Virus record (IMG/VR): IMGVR_UViG_3300030102_001905
Location: 1 to 64,000 of that record
DNA from: a virus
Length of the DNA: 64,000 nt
Direction: 5' to 3' (one strand)
Numbering within the stretch: the stretch's first letter is position 1; every line of letters starts with the position of its first letter. Of the stretch, positions 10,202 through 22,200 are shown one piece after another. The notes under the pieces were generated by a model. The model saw only the letters and a list, made by a program, of their open reading frames with translations, was not told the origin of the DNA and searched no databases. Position numbers and translations under genes: made by a program.

Positions 10202-13200
10202 TGGAAGATAACAATAACACATCTTTGGATACTACTATTAAAAGTAGTGAGAGACAGGCTAGCGTAATTCCTCAAGAACAATTTAACTTTGTTCCAATTG
10301 AGAGCATGTTTGAAACACCTGAGACAGACTTAGCTGCAGCTATAGCAACTAATCCTGATGAGATCTCTCTGATAGATCAACATAAAGTTGATATAGATAG
10401 ATATGGTATTGATGCTATGGCTAATCTTGGTGTAGCACGTCCTACCTTAGCTACTGATACATTTGATCCTGTACTTCAACAGAATCCTCCACAGAATACA
10501 TATAGCAACGTTAGAAACATATTACAAGCAAGATCAGATGGTCCTGCAGCAGATGAAGTTGCACCTACATTTTCTGGTATTAGAGCTAATAACTTTCTTA
10601 GATACTTTGAGCATCCAGAGTTTGAAGAATTAGGTTACAGACCATACTCTAACATAGAAGAGTATTATAATGCTAACTCTACAGTATGGGATGACATGGC
10701 TAGAATGAGTGGTCAGTTTAGTAGTCTTGTTGGTTCTGGATTTACTAGTGTATATAGGTCTATAGGTGATATTTTTGATGATGATGCATATTTTACTGCA
10801 CCTGATTTAAATACAGCTACAGAGTTTGAGGATGCTATGGCAATAGGTAACTCAAGTAGAGGTGGTGCGTTGGCTTGGACTAATAACTTATTACTAAATA
10901 GTGGTTATACATTTGGTATTATTGGTTCTATTGCTGTAGAAGAACTTGCATTAGCAGGTGCAACAGTACTAACAGGTGGTGGTGCAGCTCCAGCTGCAGC
11001 AACAAGAACTGGTTATAATGTTTTAAGACTTGGTAAGCTTGGTTTACAAGTACCTAAGTTCTTTTCTAAGAGTAGAGAGTTCTTAAATACACTAAGAAAT
11101 GTAGAAGCAGCTAAAGATTTCTGGTCTGCTGCAAGTACAGGTGGTAAAGTTTTAGGACAGATGTTTACTCCAAATACAATTTATGCAATTAAAAATTTAA
11201 AGACAGCAAAGAATGTATCTCAAAATGCTGTCAACTTAGCTAAAATGAGAGCCGGTTTTGGTGGCTTTTATAGAGATCTAAGAGCTGTAAACCTTGCTAT
11301 AGCTGAAAGCAAGCTAGAAGGTGGTATGGTTTACAATGAAATTGTAAGAGAAGGAGTAGATATAATGCAAAACAAATCAGGTGGTACAGTTACTCCTGAT
11401 GAAATGGCTACTATACAAAGTGAAGCTGCTAAAGGTGCATACTATACATCATTAGCTAATGCACCTATTATTTATGCTAGTAACTGGTTTGTACTAGGAA
11501 ATGCATTAGGAGGTTTTAATAGATCACTAGGTAGAGTATTTAATGATAGTTTTAGAAAAGGCTTTGCTGGTAGAATTATAAAAACAAAAGCAACAAGAGA
11601 TGCTGCAGGTAAATTAAATAAAAATGTATTTAGTGATGCAGGAGCAGGATTCAAAGGTTGGTTAAAGAAAGTTAGAGCAGGTGGTATAAAAGGTAATGCT
11701 GGTATGGCTGCTGCTGCAACCTTAAGATATTTTGCTGCTAATGTTGCTGAGGGTATACAAGAAGTATCACAAGAAGCTGTGTCATCAGCAACAAGAGGTT
11801 ACTTTACAACTGTACTTGAAGATCCTATGGCTGGTGGTATAGAGTTACGAAATGATATGATTCTATCTGGCATGGGTGATCAGCTTAGTGGAGAAGGCTT
11901 TAGTGTGTTTATGTCTGGATTCTTAATGGGTGGTATTGTACAAGGACCACAAAAGTTGTTTTTCCAAGGAGTTCCTGCAATTTATGATTATGGTCTTAAT
12001 CCTTTAGGTATAAATGTTGGTACGCAAAAACAAAAAGATGCTTTTGCAGAATATAAAAAGAACAAAGAAGAATTAATTAAGAGTCTTGTAGAAACACATA
12101 ACAATGCATGGAATACTCAAGTAGATGATCCAACAGCTATGTTTGATCCTAATAAGCTAAACTTTATGGTTCAAAAACAAGTAGCGGATGCTATGAAGAG
12201 TAATGTATTTGACCAAGATAAGTTTGGGTTTATAGATCAAAAAGATTTTGCTAAGTTTCAGCAGATGTATACCATATTCCAAATGGGTACATCTAATATA
12301 TTTAGAGGTCAGTTACAAGACTATCTGACTATGACTGATGAAGAATTAGCAGAAGCATTCCCATCATCTAAAACAGATATTAAACAGGGTAAAATTAGAG
12401 GTAGGATTCAGGATATGATTAACAACATAGATAAGGTTGAGAATCAATATAATGAAGCTAAGAATAGATTCCAAAACCCTTTTGATAGAACTCAATATAA
12501 AAAAGGTACAAGAGAGTATATACAAGAAGCACTTAAAGAATCAGCATATGAACATGCTAGATATCTTTATATGTTTACTCAAGATGGATTTACACGTGCA
12601 TTAGAAAGATCTAATTCTATATTTCAGAATCTTGCAAATGATCCACTATTTGAGAACATGGCAGCTAGTGATATGACAGTGTTATTAGATCTAGATGCTA
12701 TAGATAATGAGTTAAGGCTACTTGCTACTGAGATTATAATCAATGAGGGTGATAATGCTACAACTAGAAAGGATAAAAAGAAGAAAGAAGAAAAGTTAAA
12801 AAGACTTACAGCTATCAAAGCTATTCTTACAGACCCAAAAAATTTAACAAAGAGTGGTGCTTTTGATAGAAGAAAGATAAGTAGCCTTAGAAAAGAGTTT
12901 TATAACTATGTAAGATATATGGCATCTTCTGCCGGATCTTTTGTAGATAATACAAAGATAGATGAGGCACTAAAAGAAGTGGTAGATTATCATGCATTAA
13001 AAGATAGAGCTAAGGTCTATGATAAAGCTATTGAGTATTTACAAAACCCAGAAAGATTTAATGAGATTGTTGATAGACAATTAGAAATCAACAAAGAAAT
13101 ATATAAAAATCTTCAAAAGAGACACAAACAAAATATTGAAAAGTATATAGAAATTGTTGAGGCAAATCAATTAGTAAATGAATTAGCTGAGCTTGGTGTC

Positions 13201-16200
13201 TATGGAGATCCTACAGAAGTCAAGAATTTCTTGATGAGCGGTAATGCAAACTATCTAAAGAGTTTTTATACAGAGCAAGGTTTAGTTGATAAGAGAGTTG
13301 ATAAAGCAAAGTATGAGCAAATTCAAAGAAAACTTGATACATATAGAAAGGCTACTGAAGTTGATACAACAGAAGCAACAGAAACTAGTGAGAAACAAGC
13401 TCAGGTTGATGCACAAGAAACAAAAAATACCCAAGACCAAATCTTAGAAGAAAACGAGGTTGATGTAATATTACCTGAAACTAATAATACTCCTATGCTT
13501 AATGAGTTATTAGAGAGAAGATATAAAAGGTATGCATCTACACAGGCTGTAATTGGAGAAAAAGTGTTACCCTTTGAAGAGTGGAGAAATACAGAAGAAG
13601 GCCTTACATTACAAAATACATTTAATGCTATAAAGAAAGTATGGGCACAAGGATACTATACTACTGATGCAAAAGGTAATGCGGTATTTGTAGAAGTATC
13701 AGAAGCAGATTTAAAATCAGAAAAAGGCTTTAAGGAATATTTAAATTCAAGAGAGGCTAGAGAAAGTGATTTAATAGCTAGTGTTTTAAAATCTGCTGGT
13801 TTAGAAATTTCTGATATTGTAGAGCAAGAAGAAACATTACCAGAAGAAGGTGATATAGTAAAAGGTGATAAGAATAAAACTATTTATAAGAAAGGTATAA
13901 TTGCTAATGTTGTTAAGATTACTACAATAGATCCTGTATCAGGAGATGCAGTAGCTTTATTCAAGTTAGTAGATAGCCAAGGTAATAATTTACCATCAGC
14001 ACTATTAGACCTAGTTAGTTCCCAATATGGTACATTTGATAATGCTAGTTCTGCAGTAGCAGCACTTAAGAAGATAGAAAAAACAGCACCGGACTCAGCA
14101 GACTTTTTGTTTGATGATGTTGTACTAAATCAAGGTATGCTTGTATATGACAAGAATGGTAAAGAATTTGTTGTGTTAAGCACACCAAAGCAAATACAAG
14201 GTGGTTACTTACGTTTAGTTGCATCAGAAGACAACATTGCTAACGTAAAAGAAAGAGAGAAAAAAGTAATCAAGTTACAAGAGGGTCAGTTTGCAAATAA
14301 CTATTCTGTACAGGAACTTAAGTTTGAGGTGCTACCTAAGAATGTATCTAGACTGAACATTAGTGAGCCTATTACACCATATCCTCATATGAATTTTACT
14401 ACTGGAGAAAGTAGAGAAGGTGCATTATCTAGATACAACGCTATAATCTCTGAGCTAACTCCTGCTGAGATAGCAGCATTAGAGCTTGTTGTTACATTAG
14501 ATCCACAAGGTGGTACAGAAAGTGGTTTCTACACTATACCCGGTAACCCCTCTAATCCTTATATAAAGATTAAAAGAAGTAAGTATGTTATTGGTCTTAG
14601 AATAAATAACCCAGATACTCAAGCAAGAGTTAATTTAGTTCTTGAAAGAAATGGTATACCACAAGTAGATAGTGATCAAAATATATTTGCATACCTGCCA
14701 AATCAAAATGTTGAGATGGTAGATCCGCAAGGTAATATTATAGATCCTAGAAACATGTCTAGAGATCAAGCTAATAATACAATATTTGTAAGCAACACAC
14801 TTAGTCAACAGATGAGTAAGCCAGATATATTAAAACTTGCTCAAAACAATTTTGCACTAAATGCACTATTAGTATCTACACTTGACTCCCTAGGTATTAC
14901 ATCAGAAACTACAGCTGTTTTATCTGCTAATGATTTACCGTTTAGTATGTCTATTATTATAGAGGGCGGTGTAATGGATTATGATAATAGTTCTACAAGG
15001 TCTCTAAGAGATTTAAATTATCAGTCTGCAGATAACCAAGGTAACTTCTTAGTCTATGATTTAAAGATGGGCAAGGATGGTAAGAGAACAGAACAATCAA
15101 TAACTAATCTAGAAGGCTCTGAGGCACGTGCTTTAAGAGATCAGGTAGAAGCAGGATTGAAAGCTCAAGGTTTATGGAATCAAATGATAGAAGGTACAGA
15201 CAGATATGTAGCTGCTGTATTATTACCAAATGGTACATATGGTTTAGTAAACTTAAAGGCAGAACAGTTTAGTGCAGAAGACTTGACTGGTTTAGCTACA
15301 GACTTGGTAGAAAGAGCACAGCTTACACAAAAAGAAAATCTTGATGATAAAGGGAAAGAGAAAGATCTAGCTTATAATAGTGAATATAATGCACAGTTAG
15401 GAGAAAGTTTATTTATTAGTACTATCCCTGGATATACAGTACAATTACAAGTAAATCCTTTTGGTAAAATACAGATGCAGCTCTTTGATAAGACAAGTCA
15501 GCAGCAAGTTGGTAAGACTGTAGAGCTATCTAAGGATAAGATTAATGACACATCTTTAAGTGTATCTGATAAGATGCAAACATTAATAGATTCATTCAAT
15601 GAAGAAGCTGACATCAAAGCATCAGGTGTAAGTGTCAGTGGTAAGAACTTTAGAAACTCATTTCCTGATGGGACTACTGTAGAAGAAATTATTAGTAAAA
15701 CAAGTACTAATGTTACACCGCAGGTCATCAAGCAACAGAAATTAAGACTTACTGCTGACTCAGCAGCAATACAAGCATCAAGAGATGTTGATGCAAATAC
15801 AGATAGAAAAGTAGAGCCTATTGCAAGACCAGAGCCTACAGTAACTATTGCTGAAGAAGCTGAAGAAAGTATATTAGATCTTAGTGAAGAAGAGTTTAAT
15901 GATTATGCAGCTGATGACTTTGTTAATATGCCATCAGAGTTTATGGAGCATATTGTAAATAAAAAGCTAAGAGGTGAAGAACTTAATGATAGAGAAAAAC
16001 AAGTAGAAAGAATAAAGCTTAGTGAAATTACACTGGCTGTTGCTAAACGTGGTGGAGAAGGTTCAGTTACTATTGAGACTGAGACAGAAACAGTTGAGAA
16101 AAAAGATTCTCTATCACAAGTTATTAGGCAACTTGATGAGTTAAAAGCTCAATTACTTGAAGGAGTTGATGGTAGAAGCAGAAACAAAGTACTAAGAGAA

Positions 16201-19200
16201 AATAAAGAGTACCAAGATCTTTTAAAGATACGGAAGGCACTTGAGAAAGAAGCAAACAAAGTATTGCCAGCTGAACTATCTAATGAAGATATAGAAGACA
16301 TAAATGCATTTACAGTATGGGCAAGTGATAACTTACCAGACTATATAGATATACAAGACATTGCTACTTTAGGTGATAATCTTAAGGCAGGTGGTGTACG
16401 TGTTGGTGCATTTGTTCTTGGTTTAAATAATATTGCAGGTAATGTAAAAGTATCAGGTACAATATATACAGGTGCAAGAAGCCCATTTAAATATCATGAG
16501 GCTTTCCACGGTGTATTTAGAATGTTGTTATCTGATCAAGATATAGCAAGATACCGTAGCATTGCTAGAAAAGAAGTACGTGCAAAACTTAGAGCAGAAG
16601 GTAAAAGCTTTGAGAAAGAACTACAAAGATTTAGAAACTCTGCTGATACATATACTAATATGAGCAGAAAGGAACTTGAGAATGAGTACTATGAAGAGTA
16701 TATGGCAGATGAGTTTGAGAAGTTTAAGACAAATCCAAAGAGCACTAAGACAGATGCTAGTGTCAAGTCTTTATTTACTAGGATTTTGGATTGGATTAGA
16801 TCTGTATTTAGTTCATATAACAAGAACGAGTTACAAACATTATTTGAAAAAATTGACTCAGGTAAATTTAAGGGTGCATCAATAGCATCAAATGAGTTTA
16901 CTGCACCATTAGTAGAAGGTATAAGTGTAGAAGCAAACGCATTGATACCTTATGCATCAGAAAGATCAGGTGATAAAGTTGGTTATATTTATTTAGATAG
17001 TGATATAGCAGACCCAATGATCCGTAGTATAGCAGCAATGTTTTTAAACAGAACGGCAGCTATAGAAGGAGCATATAATCCACAAGCTGTTCTAAATGAG
17101 CTTATGGATGATTTTGCTTGGTTATATAGTCCTGACAACCCAACTAACCAAAACAAAGATGAGTTACAAAAGAAAAGACTATCTGAAATAGAATTAGCTT
17201 TTGATAATTACTCACAAGAAATATTAGAAGAAACTGTTAAGCTTTTAAATATTATTAGTGATCAAGATGTAGATCAAGAATTTACAGTTGATGAATTCCA
17301 AGATGATACAGGTCTAAGAACTACATCACAGTATGACAAGGATGCATCACTAATTGGAGGATTTAGATCATTATCTTCTAAATTAAGAGCTTATATTGCA
17401 ACAACAACTGTTGCGTCAACAGACTACTTTGGTAATGAAGAGCTGGTTGATGGTGAAAAATTAATTGTAGCTGTCAACTTTGTAGATGCATATAATGGAT
17501 TATTAAAGTCTGTAAAAAGTATAGAGGATCCATTGAAGATCTTACAGAGCATGTACTTCTTTGGTCAAGACAATCCACAAGCTGGAGCTGTTGTAAATAG
17601 AATTTTACAAGATGTAGGAATATCAGAAGAAGAATTACTATCTGGTGCTTCATTACCAGTAGAGTTGAAAAATGCACCATTATTACAGTCTATTCTAAAA
17701 GGTTTTGAAAACTTTAGAGTTGACTATATATTTAATGAAAGAGATTCACAAGGTAATATAAGAATCTACAGTGCATCTGAAAGAGATGATATTAACTCAC
17801 AACTTGATAGATGGAGCCAAGCTTTTATTAGTAAAAGAAAACAACTGGTATCTAACCCAAAAAGAAAGAGATCAACAAAGACCTTATTAGAAGATATATC
17901 ATCTGATCTACAAGTATCTGAAAAAGCAATCACTAACGTTAGAATGGAAAATGACTCTAAAAAATACTCAGAGTTATTATTTGATTTAGTTGGTATAAAG
18001 CTTAGTCCTATGTATTTGCAGTTTAGTATGGTGGCTAATAGACCATCTAATAAACTTACTGTAAAACAAAAAGCATTAGTTAATTTATATGCACAAGAAA
18101 CACCTTTATCTGTAGATGATGTAAATCAGTTAAACTTATTACTGCAACAAGATGAGAATATTTTTGCAACAGATGACTCAGGAATGAGCTCAAGACTAAA
18201 AGTAATGAGTATAAATAATGCTCCTTTTGATGAAACAATTGGTGCATCAGTATTTAAAAATCCAAATGGTGATTTGGTATATGCACATCAGCTGCCTACA
18301 TACCATCTTAAAAAAGTAGCATCATTAAATAACCAGGTTGAGTTAGAAAAAATTAAAGACTCTGACCCATATATGGACAACAATTACCTGCTTAATAATA
18401 GTGCCTTTAATAAAATGTCTGAAGAGAATAGACTAAAAGTAACTAGAGTTGCTGGTAGTAAAGTAGGACAGTCATTGCAGAGTGAGTCTGATATTAATGA
18501 TAACATATCTGGTGTTACATCAACATCTACATATGGTGATTTTACTCCACAAGAGTTTGCACTTAGTGTTATAAATAATTACACTGCTTTATTCAATACA
18601 AAAAGTAATAAAGTACAAACTGTAGAAAGCTTAGATGAAGAGGGTAAAGCTATTGTCACAGCACTAGCTCCTGTATTAATTAGAGTTATGGAAGCTTCTA
18701 ACACAGGGGATATGATTAATCTTCCTGTAATCAAAGCTGTTGATTTTGTAAATGGTGAAGCGGTATTAACAGAGGAAGCTGTAGATGTATATGTAAATCA
18801 AATAAGAACTGAATTCTCTAGAATAAACAGAGAATCAAATGAAGCAACACTTACAGGAGAAGAGATACTTGGTTATAATAGTATTGATGGTAGAGCTTAT
18901 AAGCTTCACAATACTAGACTTCTATTAAGCAATGAAACTAAAACAAAATTAGAAGGCATTGCAGTATCACAAGGTAAAGACGGTAATCCTATAACTCTTG
19001 ATGAGTCACTAAAGTTTGCAGGTATTACTATGACACAACTAAGAAAAGAAGTTGTAGATAATTTAGAAATACAATTTAATGAGTTCCAAGAACTAATTAC
19101 AGAACTTAAGATAAAAGATCAGATATCTAAAAACATAACAGATGGTTTAGTTGTTGCACAAGGTGTATCTAGAAAGAATACTATAGCATCTGCAAAGGCA

Positions 19201-22200
19201 CTGAACCTAAACTTTGATGAGACACATAACCTAAAACAGATATTCTTTAATGATTGGATTAATAGTAATGCAATAAATGAAATACTGCTTGGTGATCAGG
19301 CTGTATCTCTAAAAGATTCTGTTGATCAAGTTAAAAGAGCTAAGATGCAAAATGCATCATACTATAGTGCATATAGTGCTGTTACTGCTCCTGAACTAGG
19401 TGTAACTCATCCAGTAGAAGATATTAGTTTAGTTACATTAGAAGAGCCTAAGTCAGGTAATATAGATGTTGCGGATGCACAAATGTATATTACTACTAAA
19501 GCATTCAGATATATGTTCTTTGGTTTTGGTAAGTTAAGTCCAGCACAAGCAAAGCTGATAACAGATGTAGAAAACGGTATACCAATTAGCTCAGATAGAA
19601 TATTTGGTACAGTTGAAACACCTGAAGGTTTAGCTAAAATGCAGGCTATGCTTAACTCTAAAAAGCTTGTTTATGGTGATGGTAGTACATTCTTAAAGAT
19701 GTCTGCTTTTGTACTTACACCTGACTATACTTCAAACTGGGATGGTTCTAAATGGGTTCCTAAACCTAATAGAGTAGCACTTCACAATCTAAGAGTAAAG
19801 CTTGAGGCTATTGAGGATACAAAGGACACCATAAGTATTGCAGCTCCATTGAGTGCAATCAAAATGAAAAAACAGCGTATTAACTCTCTTGATGATCTAA
19901 AAACAGATAGTCCATTCAGTAATGGTCATACTACACTAGATGCAAGATTTATGGGATTACAAGTTCTAAATCCATCTAATAAGTTAGAAATAGTAGATCC
20001 TACACAGATAAAAGAAATTGCAACATCAGAGCAAAAAGATGATGTGTTTGTTGATGGACTTAACATGACTGTTGGGGAAATCAGACAAGCATATAATGAT
20101 GCTGTCTCAAGAAGAGTTGTACTAAAATATAAAAACAAAAGAAATTTAATCTTCAGTTTGGATACCGCTCTTGATGAGTTTAGAGTATCTAAAGAAGAAG
20201 GAGCTATAACTCCAAATCTTTCTGCATTCTTAAATTATGCAGTTGCTGGATTAAAAGCATCACAAGCTAGTAGTAACTTATTAGAGTTCTTTTCTACTAC
20301 AGACGGTGTTCAAAATTATAATCTTAATAACCCTATTACTATTAAGAAGTTTGAGCAGTTGTTCTTTAGTTACTTCAGTAGAGGTGTATTATCTGAAAGA
20401 ACACCAGGTGTTTCATTAACTCTTGTTTCTGACTTTGGTAATAGTGTATATAGAAGAGTATTTGAAATAGATGAGAATGGAGTACCAGTAAGATCAGAAG
20501 TTATAAGACAAGATGTTTGGGAAAGAATGGGTAACAAGCCTGAGCTTTCTAACATAGAAGATCTTACAAATAACAATATACCCAAAGAAGGTGTAGTTGT
20601 ATTAGATAGATTAAGATCTGGCCTTATAGAGTATGATGCACAAGGAAAACCTACAGGGCAGAGATATACTGAGATGATGATGCCAGCTCACCAGAAAGAG
20701 GTTATGGACTTAATACAAAATACTGATGCACCTATTCCTGATGTAGTAGCTAAAATGTTTGGTGTAAGAATACCATCACAAGATAATCATTCTACAGTAA
20801 ATATGAAGATGGTTGATTTCTTACCTGTATATTTTGGATCATCAGCAATGTTTGCAGAAGAGCTAATAGAAATATCAGGTGCTGACTTTGATATTGATAA
20901 AGTGTTTGCACAGATAAAAGAGTTCTATGTAAAAGATGATCAGTTTATTGAGTATGGTAAAGGTAAAAATGTAAGTGAAAAATACAGTGAGTATGTTCAA
21001 TATGTAAATAACAAAGTAGAACAGAAAGGAACTCAGTACTCAGAAGCATTAGGTATCTATAACAATAGAGAAGGAGCTGCAAGAATTCAAAACTCAGTTG
21101 ATGATGTTGAACAAGATATTGCAACTGATGCAGGCTTATCAGAAAATGCACTAAATGCATTAAAGATTCTTGGCTTACCTATTACACAAAAACAGTATGG
21201 GGAGTATGTAGCTAAACATGGAGAGCCATATGAGGCACCTATGAATAATGATGTACTTGACTATAGATATGCACTTATGGGCAACCGTGGTGTTACAGAA
21301 GGAAGTAATCCTATATCATATCAACCAGCAACAACAGATGTACTTACAGATACCCTTGACTTCTTAGCAAGTCAGTCTGAAGTTTTTGCTGAAAGAGTTC
21401 AAGAAGACAACGTTGATGTAGATAATTTATCAGGTAAGATAAAAGCATTTAGAGCTAACAAGGGTGCTTCTATTGGTGCTATTGTATTACCTAACTTATA
21501 TTTAAGTTTATTAACTGAGTACAACATCAAACTGAATGAAAGCATAAGTATTAATAGTAAATCATATAATAACTTTGGTAGAACGCTAGATGATAATGGT
21601 CAAAGAAAACAAGATACATTATCAGCACTAATTACTATGGCAACAGACAATGCAAAAGATAGACTTGTTGCTAAGTTAGGATTAAATAGACATGCAATGG
21701 GTGTTGTTGCTAACTTGACAGCATTAGGTGTACCTATACAAACTTCTATACTATTAATCAATCATCCAGTCATACAAGATTTATACTCAGAAGCTCTTAA
21801 TAAAAAAGATAAGCTTGATCCTGGTATGGATACTTTAGTAAGGAACAAACTTGCAGAGATTAAGAAAGAAGTCAAGGCAGAGCCTGTTAATGATAGATTC
21901 TTGTTAGATGTTATAGATAACCCACAAGATGAAAGTGCAGGAGAACTTAAAGGTGTTCTTTCATTATTTAGCCAAGTATTGAGAATTAAAAATTACACTG
22001 GTAAGATGGGAGCTGTTACAAGTTTATCTAAAGGTTTAGGTAAAAATGTAGCTAGCATTAGAGAAAAATCTACTGATATAAAATCACTATTTGCTCAAGA
22101 TGCACCTATGGATTTATCTCCTATATATAAAGGTAAGACTTGGCAAAATCAATACTTAAAAATATTCTATCAGATTACAGATGATTTATTACCTGCAACA

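Noticed and set aside
9664-21160. Nine antisense track ORFs of 60-77 aa inside the 1080-aa and 4491-aa genes (for example 9664-9849, 11472-11654, 15498-15731, 20945-21160).
   Set aside because: All are embedded antisense in long, clearly coding ORFs. They have low-complexity Leu/Ser/Ile-rich translations and no start context, as expected by chance in AT-rich DNA.
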